Of a stretch of DNA of 52,840 nucleotides, positions 35,301-44,690 are shown in pieces. The position numbers were made by a program, and so were the translations under genes. Source of the stretch: a virus (taxonomy: Duplodnaviria > Caudoviricetes); the IMG/VR virus record IMGVR_UViG_3300037499_000174, positions 1 through 52,840 of that record; one strand, written 5' to 3'. Numbering within the stretch: position 1 is the first letter of the stretch; each line of letters begins with the position of its first letter. Below the pieces are notes generated by a model that was not told where the DNA came from, ran no database searches, and saw only the letters and a program-made list of their open reading frames with translations.

Positions 35301-37065
35301 CGTCGCCACCTCCGTCCGGCTTCGGGCTGCCGGGGACGGGGCGGGTGCCGGCGCGGACCTCGGCGGCCCACCCCCGCAGGATGGCCGGAGTCGGGAACTC
35401 ATTCACGCCGACCACCTCCCTGACCCACTGGCCGGCGGCCCAGTCGAGCGTGTCGGCGGCGGCGTGCCGGTCCCGGGCCTCCATGTCCCCGGCCGCCCGC
35501 TCCCACAGCTCGGCGTCCCGGCGGGCGGTAGCCAGCTCGGCGGCCTGCTCGGCATGGTCGGCAGCCCACCTGTGGTTCGCCTCCACCGCCTCAGCCAGCT
35601 CGGCGTCCCGGCGGGCCAGATCGGCGGCCTCCCGGTCCCACCCAGCCCCGGCGGCGGCAGCAGCCCCGCGGGTGGTGGCCAGCTCGGCCCGCAGCCGCTC
35701 CACCTCGGCGGTCTGCTCCTGGTTGGCGCGGACAGCACCTGCCAGCGCCTCCCGGTGGGTGCCGGCCAGGGACACCAGGTCCGCGTCGGGCACATCCTGG
35801 CCAGCGTCCAGGGCGGCACGCAGCCGCCCAGTCACCTGGGCCAGCTCGGCGCGGGCGGCGTCCAGCGCGCGGCGCTTGCGCTCCAACGTGGCGCACACCG
35901 CCTCGTAGGCGGCGGCGGTCGGGTATGGCTGCCGGTCGTGCGCGATGGCCAGGTCACGCTGTTCGGTGACATCGTGCAGTTCGCCGAACAGGGCCATAAT
36001 GTGCCCGTTGAGCAGGTCGGCCGCGCCGCCGTGCACCGAGTTGAAGATGGCGCGTGCGTCGTCGAGCCACTGCTGGCGAGTCCAGGCTCGTCGGTCCACC
36101 CACCCGGAGCCGCCGGCCGGGGGCGGGTTGGGCTTGGCCAATCCGTGGCTAGCGGTGGCCAAGTTAGCCGTAGCGGCCGGCTCCGGGGTGGGCTCGGCCT
36201 CGGTGGTGTCCCCGAGCGCGTCCACGGCGGTGGCCAGCGCTTCCTCGGTGGCTAGCTGCCGGGATGCCAGCCACTCAGCTTCTCCGGCGTCGGGCGTGTC
36301 CGCCGTGCGTGCAGCGGTCAGTTCGGCACGATCCGCCTCCCGCCACTCCCGCGCCGCCTCCAGCACCTGGGCGGCGGCCGGGTCCACCAGCAGCACCTCC
36401 CGCACCGGGCCGTCAGCTTCAACCTCGGCGCGGCGGTACTCGGCGCCGGCGAAGTCTTGCCATCGGTCGGGGCCAACCTGTCGCAGCAGCTCGCCGTCCA
36501 CGTCGAGTAGCGCCCGTCCCAGGATCGGCCCCGTGCCGTCCGTGGCGGGCGGGGTTGGGGCGACCGGTGCCGCACATAGGTCGAGCGCCTGAGCGGCAGC
36601 GGCGGCGGTGCGTTGCCCTGACGGCTCGTCCAGCTTCACCCCGGACGCCTCCACCCGCGGTGGCGGCGGGGCGGTCACCCCGTGCGGGCCACGCTCGAAG
36701 GCGGCCAGCACGTCGGCGACCGGCTCGTCTGGCTCCGGGGTGTCGGCCGGCGGCGAGCAGGTGCCTGTGCCCTTGCAGTCCTCGCAGATCCGCGAGGGCA
36801 CCAGCGGGTGGGCGGCCGCACCGGTTCCTCGACAGTTCGGGCACGCGACGGGGTTGGTGTCGGCCCACGGGGTGAGCGTGCCGCCCTCGATCCGCTCGGC
36901 CAGGTGCTCCGCGCTCATCCAGTTCTCGACACGGCGGTTGCGCTGACCGAACCACCGCAGCGCGGCGGGCCACTCCCGGCGGCGGACCTGCTCGGCCGTG
37001 GCCGGCCGGGGCGCGGGTGGGACTGCCGGCCTGCTCGGCGGCGGTAGCGGCTGGTGGGTGGTCAT
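35290..37065 (-). CDS. Large mosaic protein (CxxCxGxG Zn motifs, coiled coil)
   Basis: CPNCRGTG and CEDCKGTG; Ala-rich heptads. Confidence 0.65.
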   Translation of the reverse strand: MTTHQPLPPPSRPAVPPAPRPATAEQVRRREWPAALRWFGQRNRRVENWMSAEHLAERIEGGTLTPWADTNPVACPNCRGTGAAAHPLVPSRICEDCKGTGTCSPPADTPEPDEPVADVLAAFERGPHGVTAPPPPRVEASGVKLDEPSGQRTAAAAAQALDLCAAPVAPTPPATDGTGPILGRALLDVDGELLRQVGPDRWQDFAGAEYRRAEVEADGPVREVLLVDPAAAQVLEAAREWREADRAELTAARTADTPDAGEAEWLASRQLATEEALATAVDALGDTTEAEPTPEPAATANLATASHGLAKPNPPPAGGSGWVDRRAWTRQQWLDDARAIFNSVHGGAADLLNGHIMALFGELHDVTEQRDLAIAHDRQPYPTAAAYEAVCATLERKRRALDAARAELAQVTGRLRAALDAGQDVPDADLVSLAGTHREALAGAVRANQEQTAEVERLRAELATTRGAAAAAGAGWDREAADLARRDAELAEAVEANHRWAADHAEQAAELATARRDAELWERAAGDMEARDRHAAADTLDWAAGQWVREVVGVNEFPTPAILRGWAAEVRAGTRPVPGSPKPDGGGDDAG

Positions 37066-37253
37066 GGCTGGCTCCCGGCGTCGAGCAGGATGGCGCCGAC
37101 GAGGATGGGGACGATGATCGCGAGCGCCACGATCCAGAACCAGACCGGCCCGCGCCAGCCTTCCTGCCGGTAGAGCACCCGGTTTGCTAACCCGAGGATG
37201 GCGAGTACGGGCGTGACGACGAGGGCCGTGCCGATCCAGAAGATGGCGGTCAT
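37062..37253 (-). CDS. Two-TM membrane protein
   Basis: Two hydrophobic helices; ATGA overlaps. Confidence 0.65.
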   Translation of the reverse strand: MTAIFWIGTALVVTPVLAILGLANRVLYRQEGWRGPVWFWIVALAIIVPILVGAILLDAGSQP

Positions 37254-37924
37254 GGTGGGTCCTTTCTGGCGAGCCGCTCACTGCGGCAGGCCTGGCAGTG
37301 GCCGTCGAGTTGGTCGGGGTGCTGCGGGCAGCGGGCGGCGGTGCGCCACCGCGCCCGCCGTTCGGCCTCCCACGCTGCTAGGGCGAGCCGGGCGTCTTTG
37401 CAGGTCCCGCACGCCGTGGATGTGCCCTTTGGGTGTTTGGGGCATGTTCTGGGGGGGGGCTCTGAGCCCGGGTTATCCACAGCCGGCGGTTCCCTCGCGC
37501 GCGCGCGCCCTCCCTTCCCTTCCCTTCCCTTCCCTTCCTGGGGTGAGCCCTCACTGAGCCCTCCGTGAGGGCTCAGCTGTGGATAACTCCCGTTCGGTGG
37601 CGGTGGGATCTTGCTCGGGGTGGGACGGTTGATGCTCTGGTGGTCGTTCCAGTTGACGACCTCCAGGTACCGCCGGTCGTCCACCTCGTAGCGCACAATG
37701 CGCCCGTGGGCGGCCAGCGTGATCAGGTCCTCCTCGATGTCCGCCAGCGTGACGGGGTCTAGCGGCCACACGTCAGCCTTGATGAGCTTCGGGTTGTCCT
37801 TGGTGCGGCCCTGGTCGTCACATTGCGTCCAGATGCCGATCCATGTCAGGCGTGCACGCATTGGCAGCGCCGACACGTCCTCGGAGCGGAAGAAGCCCGG
37901 CTTGATCGTGCGGATTCTGGCCAT
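37250..37924 (-). CDS. Phage replication initiator
   Basis: MARIRTIKPGFFRSEDV...DDQGR...NWNDHQSINRPTPSKIP; C-terminal Cys/His. Confidence 0.8.
   Translation of the reverse strand: MARIRTIKPGFFRSEDVSALPMRARLTWIGIWTQCDDQGRTKDNPKLIKADVWPLDPVTLADIEEDLITLAAHGRIVRYEVDDRRYLEVVNWNDHQSINRPTPSKIPPPPNGSYPQLSPHGGLSEGSPQEGKGREGKGGRARAREPPAVDNPGSEPPPRTCPKHPKGTSTACGTCKDARLALAAWEAERRARWRTAARCPQHPDQLDGHCQACRSERLARKDPP
37472..37587. other. Putative replication origin inside the initiator gene
   Basis: Inverted perfect DnaA boxes (37473-37481, 37578-37586) flanking TTCCC repeats and TGAGCCCTC iteron-like repeats. Confidence 0.6.
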
Positions 37925-38100
37925 CAGCCAGTGGTCTCCGCTTGGATGCCGCGGTGACGCAGCTCCTCGGCGAGCTGCTCGCGCATCCGCCGAGCAGCGC
38001 CGTTGCTCAGGATGGCTGACGGGTGGAGACCTAGGCTCCGCGCGATTTCCTCGATGTACACGCCGATCTGCTGGCTGGTGAGACGGTTCACTGTTTCCAT
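37924..38100 (-). CDS. Hypothetical protein
   Basis: GGAAGGA RBS; TGATG coupling. Confidence 0.55.
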   Translation of the reverse strand: METVNRLTSQQIGVYIEEIARSLGLHPSAILSNGAARRMREQLAEELRHRGIQAETTG

Positions 38101-38128
38101 TCCGTTCCTTCCTGGTTGCCGGGGCGGG

Positions 38129-38668
38129 TCATGACGACTCCTCCTCAGCTGGAGGCATCTCATTGTTCAACCGGTCGATCGTGCGGTTGTCTCCGGCAGT
38201 GAGGGCCTCCTTCCGAAGGAGGTACAGAAAGCGGACGTACCACTGTTCGGTCATGTCGGTCTGACCGTTGGGGTCGAACGCGACCCGCGGCGGGATGATC
38301 CGCTCGCCGGCCTTCTTGGCGGCGTCGTTGACGGCTAGCAGCTTGAACGCCCAGATGTCTGGCCAGTAGCGGGCAACGAAGAATGGCAGTTGCCGACCGT
38401 TGGGTCCGTACAGCTCGGACAACGTGCTGTAGGTGGCGGAGTTGGTCTTGGCCAGGTTCGCCGAGTGGTGCTTGTAGTCGACGACGACGACCGCGATGCC
38501 GTGGTTGTATTCGCACATGAGGAAGTCCAGGTCGACCGCCGGGCAGTCATCTCCCCAGAAGTCCTGATGCCGCTCTGACAGCATCCGGTCGTACCTGATC
38601 CGGTCGTCCCGGCTGACCCGCCGCCACGACCTCGACCCTCGCCCTCCCGGGTTCACGTTAAACACCAA
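38129..38668 (-). CDS. Possible PD-(D/E)xK-fold protein coupled to the methyltransferase
   Basis: AVDLDFLMCEY...VVVDYKH. Confidence 0.5.
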   Translation of the reverse strand: MVFNVNPGGRGSRSWRRVSRDDRIRYDRMLSERHQDFWGDDCPAVDLDFLMCEYNHGIAVVVVDYKHHSANLAKTNSATYSTLSELYGPNGRQLPFFVARYWPDIWAFKLLAVNDAAKKAGERIIPPRVAFDPNGQTDMTEQWYVRFLYLLRKEALTAGDNRTIDRLNNEMPPAEEESS

Positions 38669-39779
38669 GCCTTTCGAGCACGGTCTGCTCTAGCCGTTCC
38701 CGGGCGTCGCTCACGTGGTCGGCGTTGACGTCACAGCCGATGAACGAGCGGCCGAGCGCAAGCGCTGCAACTCCGGTCGTGCCGGCACCCATGAACGGGT
38801 CGACTACGGTGTCTCCTGGTCGGGTGAGCCGCTTCACCAGGTCAGCCATGCCTGACTCGGACTGCCCCCAGTGGTGGTACCGCTTGTCGTTGTCGTTGAC
38901 GTCGCTCTTGGCGACGTCCCCGAACCATTCGCCACCGCCGTTCCCGTCACCGTTGCGGAACACCAGGACCGGCTTCCAGAACGTGTTCACCTTGCGTGGG
39001 AATATCTGCACGGCTTGGCCACCGGGCGTCAGGTAGGCGATGGTCCAGTGGTAGTCGAGCCGCTGTGACAGCCGTTCGACTACCTCGGGCAGGTACGACT
39101 GGCCGACCATCACCGCGCACACACCACCCGGCTTGAGCAGCCGGGCGGCCACCTCGGACAACCCTTCCTCGTCCATCGGGCTGTAGATCGGGTCGCCGTA
39201 CTCGTCTCGGCTGATGGGTCGGCGGCCGAACAGCGGTAGGAACTCGGCTGGGTACGGTGGGTCGGTGATGATGGCGTCAACCGAGCCGGCTTCGAGCCCA
39301 TCCTGCGAGTCCGGGTCGTCCGGGTCGAGGACGTGAAAGTCGCCGTGGTGAAGGTCGAACCGAACAGAGGCGGCCTTCTGCTTGTACTCGATGACCAGCG
39401 CCCGGGCCTGTTTACGCTCTAGCTCGGGGTGGACCTTGCCTGCCGTGATAGCTGCCTCAAGCAGTGGCGGGTCTAGTTGTGACAACTCGTAGAGGGTCTG
39501 CCACGAGTGTGGCAAATCCAAACCATGGTTTGGATTTGATAGGGCCGGATGTGCCGCCACAATCATGAGACGACGCGCGGTCTCCGGACTGATGCCAACC
39601 CGGTCCTTGCACCAGGGCTCCCATCGGCCATGCGGAATCGCCCTCCTCGCCTCGGTGAGATGTTGCCCAGCCGCGATGAACCCGGCCACCGCCTGGCCGA
39701 GGTCCGAGCGGACAACAGCCGCCCATTGCTCTGGCGTCCGTTGCTGGACGATCTCGCCCGTCAGTACCTCAGTCGTCAT
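38658..39779 (-). CDS. N4-C/N6-A DNA methyltransferase (beta class) with N-terminal helical domain
   Basis: ITDPPY catalytic motif precedes DPFMGAGTT SAM-binding motif. Confidence 0.9.
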   Translation of the reverse strand: MTTEVLTGEIVQQRTPEQWAAVVRSDLGQAVAGFIAAGQHLTEARRAIPHGRWEPWCKDRVGISPETARRLMIVAAHPALSNPNHGLDLPHSWQTLYELSQLDPPLLEAAITAGKVHPELERKQARALVIEYKQKAASVRFDLHHGDFHVLDPDDPDSQDGLEAGSVDAIITDPPYPAEFLPLFGRRPISRDEYGDPIYSPMDEEGLSEVAARLLKPGGVCAVMVGQSYLPEVVERLSQRLDYHWTIAYLTPGGQAVQIFPRKVNTFWKPVLVFRNGDGNGGGEWFGDVAKSDVNDNDKRYHHWGQSESGMADLVKRLTRPGDTVVDPFMGAGTTGVAALALGRSFIGCDVNADHVSDARERLEQTVLERLGV

Positions 39780-40011
39780 CCCGCTCCCCCAACCGCCGCC
39801 GCTCCGCCGCCAACATCTCCTCGGTGACCTCCACCCGCTGCCGTGGCTCGCCCCGCTCCCACGCGCACGCCGCGCAAGCCGTCCGCCACAGGGTGACCGC
39901 CCGGCCGGTGGCGTAGCCGGTGACCACGTGCCCGCAGATGTGCGGGTAGGGCTCGGTGGTGGGCACGGGCCGGTCGAGCGCGCGGCTGGCGCCCAGCCAC
40001 ACCCCGCTCAT
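39769..40011 (-). CDS. Hypothetical protein
   Basis: ATGA coupling; Cys motifs. Confidence 0.55.
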   Translation of the reverse strand: MSGVWLGASRALDRPVPTTEPYPHICGHVVTGYATGRAVTLWRTACAACAWERGEPRQRVEVTEEMLAAERRRLGERDDD

Positions 40012-40301
40012 GCCGCACCCCGCCGTGGCTGGCCGTACCGCTCGGCCATCAGTTCGGCCACGTCGGGTCGGGCCTCGGCCTCCATATCCCGGGCGATGCT
40101 GTCCAGCACGTGACCCGGCCGGTCGTCCAGCTCCCGCGCCCGGTAGATGGCACCGAGCGCGGTGTCGGGGTCGTCCAGGTCGCGGCAGTCGCATCGGCAG
40201 TGCTCGGCCTCGCACTGCCACCCGGCGACGCTGATGCACGCCCCTACCGCGCAGTCGGCGCAGACCACGCCGCCGGACTGGTCCTCCACGTACTCAGCCA
40301 T
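40008..40301 (-). CDS. Cys-rich hypothetical protein
   Basis: CADC...C...CRCDC. Confidence 0.55.
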   Translation of the reverse strand: MAEYVEDQSGGVVCADCAVGACISVAGWQCEAEHCRCDCRDLDDPDTALGAIYRARELDDRPGHVLDSIARDMEAEARPDVAELMAERYGQPRRGAA

Positions 40302-40515
40302 GGCGTCCCATCTCCCGTACCAGTGCGGTGATCTCCGGTGGTGGCCGGCGGCAGGCGGGGCAGGTGGCCTCACCGTCAGGGGTTAGCGCCCAGCCGGCGG
40401 CGAGGGCCATCGTCGCGACCGAGCCGGCGTGACCGCGGAGCCGCTTGCCGCAGGGTTGGCCGTGGGGTTGGAGCCGGTCGTCCACCGCCCGGCCGGCGCA
40501 CCCAATCTCAGCCAT
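40294..40515 (-). CDS. Small Zn-finger protein
   Basis: AGW...CPAC. Confidence 0.55.
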   Translation of the reverse strand: MAEIGCAGRAVDDRLQPHGQPCGKRLRGHAGSVATMALAAGWALTPDGEATCPACRRPPPEITALVREMGRHG

Positions 40516-40870
40516 CGAACCCTCCGGCGATCTGGTCGAGCAGGAACGGCACGGTCAACTGCGTGTGTGCGCCGCGCCGCTTGTGGCCCAGTAGCCGGTA
40601 GTACCTGACACCCCGGCCGCGCAGTCCGTTGCTGGCCAGGATCGGGTAGGCGCTGACCCAGCCGGCCACGTCAAACAGCCGGTCCCACTCAGCCGGGGGC
40701 ATGGTGCCGTCGGCCTTGCATTGGATGAACAGGGCCTGTCCGGGTTTGAGCGCGACCAGGTCAACCTTGCTGTCGCCCTTGGAGCCGGCGGCGCGGATGA
40801 CGGTGTAGCCGTTGTTGCGTAGGTCGGTGCGGACCTTCCGCTCGAACCGGGTGCCGGCGGCGTAGCTCAC
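40508..40870 (-). CDS. Holliday junction resolvase (Hjc-like PD-(D/E)xK)
   Basis: GTRFERKV...GYTVIRAAGSKG...DLVAL...FIQCK. Confidence 0.85.
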   Translation of the reverse strand: MSYAAGTRFERKVRTDLRNNGYTVIRAAGSKGDSKVDLVALKPGQALFIQCKADGTMPPAEWDRLFDVAGWVSAYPILASNGLRGRGVRYYRLLGHKRRGAHTQLTVPFLLDQIAGGFDG

Positions 40871-41649
40871 TGCTGGCTCCCTTCGCCGCTGGGCTGGGCG
40901 GTGATCTCGGCGAGCGTCAGCGCCGGGTTGTCGCTGCCGATCGCCTTCTCTAGCGCGTCGATCACCCGCCGGGCCTCATCCAAGGTCAGCTCGTTGGCTG
41001 AGCCGATGGACCGGCCGACGATCCTGGTGGCGATGTCCAGCCGCTCGGCCCGGTCGGTGATGCCGACCTGGCCGAACCCGGCCATCAGCTTTGCCCGCTG
41101 AGGCGCGGTAATGCCGGCGGGTCCGTTGGTGGGCAGCGGCGGGGCGGCGGCTCGCTGGGTGGTGTGGCCGGCCGGCTTAGCAGCGGCTGGCTGGCGGTTG
41201 GCGGGTGCCGCCGCACGTTGGGCGGTACGCGGTGTGTGTTCGCTATCCAGCCTGGACTCGTCATCTTCGTCGGCGGCGACGCCCACTACGGCGGCCAGGC
41301 AGTAGCGGCGGGCGTAGGTGATCCGGCCGCCGATCATCTGGATACCACCTTCGCCCGAGATGGGGAATTCCCCGGAGAGGCGCTCGCCGGACTCGTGCAG
41401 CAGGTGGTAGAGCAGCGCCATCTTGCCGTCGGTGCCGGCGCCGGGAAAGGCGCTGAACGCCAAGCCGTGCCTGGCGAGCAGCGGAAGCACAGCGTCGGTG
41501 ACGTTCGCCAGGGTGGCGTAACTGTAGCTGTACGGCGGCTTCTTCGGGTCCTTGGGTTCGACGGTGACGGTCCGGTCCCGCTCCAGTTTGGGCAGTTCCG
41601 CTTGGACCTTGGCAAGCGCCGCGTTCAGCGCGGGTGTTGCGTCGGTCAT
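40867..41649 (-). CDS. erf: ERF-family ssDNA annealing protein
   Basis: YSYATL...GGRITYARRYCLAAVVGVAADEDD. Confidence 0.9.
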   Translation of the reverse strand: MTDATPALNAALAKVQAELPKLERDRTVTVEPKDPKKPPYSYSYATLANVTDAVLPLLARHGLAFSAFPGAGTDGKMALLYHLLHESGERLSGEFPISGEGGIQMIGGRITYARRYCLAAVVGVAADEDDESRLDSEHTPRTAQRAAAPANRQPAAAKPAGHTTQRAAAPPLPTNGPAGITAPQRAKLMAGFGQVGITDRAERLDIATRIVGRSIGSANELTLDEARRVIDALEKAIGSDNPALTLAEITAQPSGEGSQQ

Positions 41650-42500
41650 GACTTCATCCCGTCTGGGTCTGCTTTTACCAGCACGTAGGACGACGCGGTG
41701 GGCGGCTCGATGGGCTCGCCGATCAGGTCTCGCGCGCTCTGGTCGAAGATGCCCACCTGCTGGGCGTAGAGAAACTTCAGGTGCTGCTCCTCGGTGGCCA
41801 CCACTGGGACCAGCGAGTAGCCGTCGGGGCGAATCCACACCGCGCCGGTCCACGCCACCGCCGGCATCTCGATCGCCGAATCAGGGTCGGCCGGGTCGGA
41901 CTGGAGGCATTCGGCGTACCGGTAGCCGGCCAGCTGTAGCGCGGTCTCGCCGAAGATCCCCGACCGGTTGGTCTTGGCGTCGATGAGGCAGTCGCACACG
42001 TAGCCGTCGTCGTCGCGTGGCAGGTGGTTGTACTCGGGCATGTCGGGAAGGATGATGTCGGCGATGATGTCGAGGGTGCCGACGTACCGGTGGGTTTCGG
42101 AGTAGACGACGGCTTCGACGTACCGGGCGCGTAGTTGGAACTCGTCAAGGAACCTTACGTAGCTATCCACGTAGGGCCGGAGCAGGTCGGGCACTACGAC
42201 CCGTTCCCCGGCGATGAGCCGCTCGCCCATCTTGTGGACCTGGGTGCCCCGGTTGGCTGCGGCGTCCTTCGCCTCGTACCGGCCGGCCTTGAGCTTGGAC
42301 AGCCGGACGGACGGGGCGAGCGCGGTCAGCTCGTCCCAGTGGTCAATGGCGTACTCGGCGGTGGCGTTACCTGACCAGTTGATGAGGGCTTTCTTAGGTA
42401 AACCCTGGTCGAGAATCGTGGTGACACCGGGTACGCGTTCCTCGGTGTCGAGGTCCTGGTACCAGTGGTTGTGGCCGTTGTCGCGGCGGACGATCCTCAC
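41646..42500 (-). CDS. RecE/RecB-like exonuclease
   Basis: PGVTTIL, RGTQVH, YVGTLD, IDAKT, LQLAGY. Confidence 0.85.
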   Translation of the reverse strand: MRIVRRDNGHNHWYQDLDTEERVPGVTTILDQGLPKKALINWSGNATAEYAIDHWDELTALAPSVRLSKLKAGRYEAKDAAANRGTQVHKMGERLIAGERVVVPDLLRPYVDSYVRFLDEFQLRARYVEAVVYSETHRYVGTLDIIADIILPDMPEYNHLPRDDDGYVCDCLIDAKTNRSGIFGETALQLAGYRYAECLQSDPADPDSAIEMPAVAWTGAVWIRPDGYSLVPVVATEEQHLKFLYAQQVGIFDQSARDLIGEPIEPPTASSYVLVKADPDGMKS

Positions 42501-42895
42501 GGCAGCACCCCCATCGGGAAGCCGCCGACCCGCTCGGCCAGGGTGGACCACAGCGGCCGGGGTGGGCGCCACCCGCCGGGAACTATCCGCCGCAGCACCG
42601 CCACCGGCTCGTGCACGCCCCGTTGGGGTGTCCACATGGTGTGGACGAGTGCGGGGGCGTGCTGTCCGCCGCAGTCGGCGCCGGCTTCCCGCCACGGGCG
42701 GCAGTGTGAGCCGCCGCAGCGGGGGCAGTCGGTGTCCCGGCCGGCGGGTGGGAGCTGTTCGGTGCGGGCGAGCAGCGCGGCGTCCTCCAGGTCGAGCCGG
42801 CGGCGGTGGCCGACGATGCCGGACCACCACCATCCGATGGCGATCGTGGCGACGATGACGATGGCCATCACGTTGCTAGTCAGGCTGCGGATCAT
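42497..42895 (-). CDS. Membrane-anchored hypothetical protein
   Basis: N-terminal TM; CPRC. Confidence 0.5.
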   Translation of the reverse strand: MIRSLTSNVMAIVIVATIAIGWWWSGIVGHRRRLDLEDAALLARTEQLPPAGRDTDCPRCGGSHCRPWREAGADCGGQHAPALVHTMWTPQRGVHEPVAVLRRIVPGGWRPPRPLWSTLAERVGGFPMGVLP

Positions 42896-43128
42896 GATCC
42901 CGTCCTCTCTGGTAGGCGAAGAGCCGGGCGTGGCGAGTCGAGCCGTCGGATGAACCGCTTGGTGTGCCACATGATCACGAACCCCGCCGCGATCCCTAGG
43001 ACGAGGCTGGCCGCGGCGGTGACGACCAGGTCGCCGAACATCGACACCAGTACGCCCATCCACACGCCGCCGATGTACGAGCGGGCACCGAACCACGCCA
43101 GTCGTTTCGTGAACTCCTTCCGCGTCAT
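42892..43128 (-). CDS. Two-TM membrane protein
   Basis: GAGG RBS; hydrophobic. Confidence 0.6.
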   Translation of the reverse strand: MTRKEFTKRLAWFGARSYIGGVWMGVLVSMFGDLVVTAAASLVLGIAAGFVIMWHTKRFIRRLDSPRPALRLPERTGS

Positions 43129-43619
43129 GAGCGTGTCCTCTCTGGTTGGTCGGCTGCGAGCGTCTCGGCAAGCCGGCACAGCGGGTCGACCGGCTCACCC
43201 CGCAGCCGGTGCCGGCGCGCCCCGGCCGGGCTGCCGCACGGCCCCGCCGGTGGCCGGTTACGCAGCGACGCGCGCTGGCAGTCGCGGCCGCAGTACCGCT
43301 GACTGGGCCGGTGGGGGGCGAACAGCGCCCCGCACTGCAGGCAGGTGGCCAGCGCGCGGCCGGTGCGCTCGGCCGGGGTGCGGCCGCCCCACACACCCGA
43401 GCGTTCGCCGGTGTCGACCGCCCACCGCAGGCAGGCGCCGGCGACGGGGCAGCGGCGGCAGATGGCCACGGCGGGTCGCACATCACGGTGGCGGCTGGAT
43501 GCGCCCCGTTCGGCCGCGATCGGGAAGAAGAGCTCCGGGTCGACATCCCGGCAGGCGGCGTGGATGCGCCAGTCCGGGTCGTGGGGGGTGTGGTGGGTGT
43601 GCAGCTCAGGCAGACGCAT
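43125..43619 (-). CDS. whiB: WhiB-family regulator with C-terminal Zn-finger extension
   Basis: AACRDVDPELFFP...CRRCPV..C...GVWGG, then CLQC...YCGRDC. Confidence 0.88.
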   Translation of the reverse strand: MRLPELHTHHTPHDPDWRIHAACRDVDPELFFPIAAERGASSRHRDVRPAVAICRRCPVAGACLRWAVDTGERSGVWGGRTPAERTGRALATCLQCGALFAPHRPSQRYCGRDCQRASLRNRPPAGPCGSPAGARRHRLRGEPVDPLCRLAETLAADQPERTRS

Positions 43620-44157
43620 CACGGCCCCCGATCTCGCGGGCGATGGTGGCGGCGTGCCGATAGGCCGCACCGCGTGTCCGGTAGCTCTGGTTGGCTGCCA
43701 GCTCGATCGCCTGCGCGATCTCCTCGGCCACCTCCTCGCGCACGGCGGGGCGGATCGCCCGCTCGGCCGCCTCGTTCGCCTCGCCGATGACGTGCACGGC
43801 CAGCGTGTTCGGTTTGCTGATCCGGCCATCGGTCAGCTCGGCGTACACCTTGGCCACCTCGCCCATGACCATCCAGTAGTCGTTCAGCTCGGCTCGCACC
43901 AGGTCAGCGTCGAGGTGGCCATCCGGGGCCACGAGGTCATCCCAAAACCCGACGAAGGTGGCGCGGGGCTGGTGAGGCGGGCGCCAGCCGGCGGCGATGA
44001 GCGCGTCCAGCACCGCCCGGGCGAACCCGGCAAACTCGTCCAGGTCGCACGGCAGACCTTCCTCGGACCAGCTACAGCCACCACCCGAGCAGGCGTAGTC
44101 GTGGACGGCTCTCGCTGCCAGCTCCACGTCGGCGTCGGTGTACATCTGCTCAGCCAT
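43606..44157 (-). CDS. Hypothetical protein
   Basis: GGAGG RBS; coupled. Confidence 0.65.
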   Translation of the reverse strand: MAEQMYTDADVELAARAVHDYACSGGGCSWSEEGLPCDLDEFAGFARAVLDALIAAGWRPPHQPRATFVGFWDDLVAPDGHLDADLVRAELNDYWMVMGEVAKVYAELTDGRISKPNTLAVHVIGEANEAAERAIRPAVREEVAEEIAQAIELAANQSYRTRGAAYRHAATIAREIGGRDASA

Positions 44158-44452
44158 GATGGGCCTCCTCCGCTTTCGTGCGCCTGGTCCGGGCGGCGTC
44201 GACGATGGCGAACAGATTCAGCGCGAGCTGCTCACGCTGCCGCACCCCGTCGCTGGATATCCCGGAACCCTTCACCCGCAGGGCATCCAGCGCGGCCCAC
44301 AGCATGTCGTCGGCGCTCACAACCTCGGATGCGCGGATGAACTGGCAGCGTTCGGGCTGCTCGACCTCGACCACCACCACCCCGGCGCGGCGTAGCTCCC
44401 GCCGTGCCGACGCCGTGAGTTGCCCGGTGGGGCAGACAAACACCTCAGCCAT
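44150..44452 (-). CDS. Hypothetical protein
   Basis: GGAGG RBS before ATG44452. Confidence 0.6.
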   Translation of the reverse strand: MAEVFVCPTGQLTASARRELRRAGVVVVEVEQPERCQFIRASEVVSADDMLWAALDALRVKGSGISSDGVRQREQLALNLFAIVDAARTRRTKAEEAHHG

Positions 44453-44690
44453 GGCGCCATCCCTCCAAATCGTCCTGGGGATAGCGGGTGGCAACCGGGC
44501 TACCGGCGGCCAGCATCAGCGTCCGGCAGATGTTGCCGTGAAGGTTGGCGCCGCGGTGGGTCCAAGCCCGGCCCTCGATCTCCCAGCCCCAGCGGCCGGG
44601 GCGTCGGACGATCCACAGCCACCGGCGCCAGTACCAACCGGGGCGCCGGACGACCTGGAGTGTGAGTCCGTGCCGGCTGTCGATGGTCAT
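44445..44690 (-). CDS. Trp/Arg-rich hypothetical protein
   Basis: AGGAGG RBS; ATGA overlap. Confidence 0.5.
   Translation of the reverse strand: MTIDSRHGLTLQVVRRPGWYWRRWLWIVRRPGRWGWEIEGRAWTHRGANLHGNICRTLMLAAGSPVATRYPQDDLEGWRHG

Noticed and set aside
37509-37540. TTCCC pentamer run as a third guide array
   Set aside because: It is homogeneous, lacks the GGY scaffold and encodes the GKGREGKG linker of the initiator.
41646-42500. Exonuclease as a Cas4 adaptation gene for the array system
   Set aside because: It is paired with ERF in a standard recombination module, lacks the four-Cys Fe-S pattern and is over 10 kb from the cassette.
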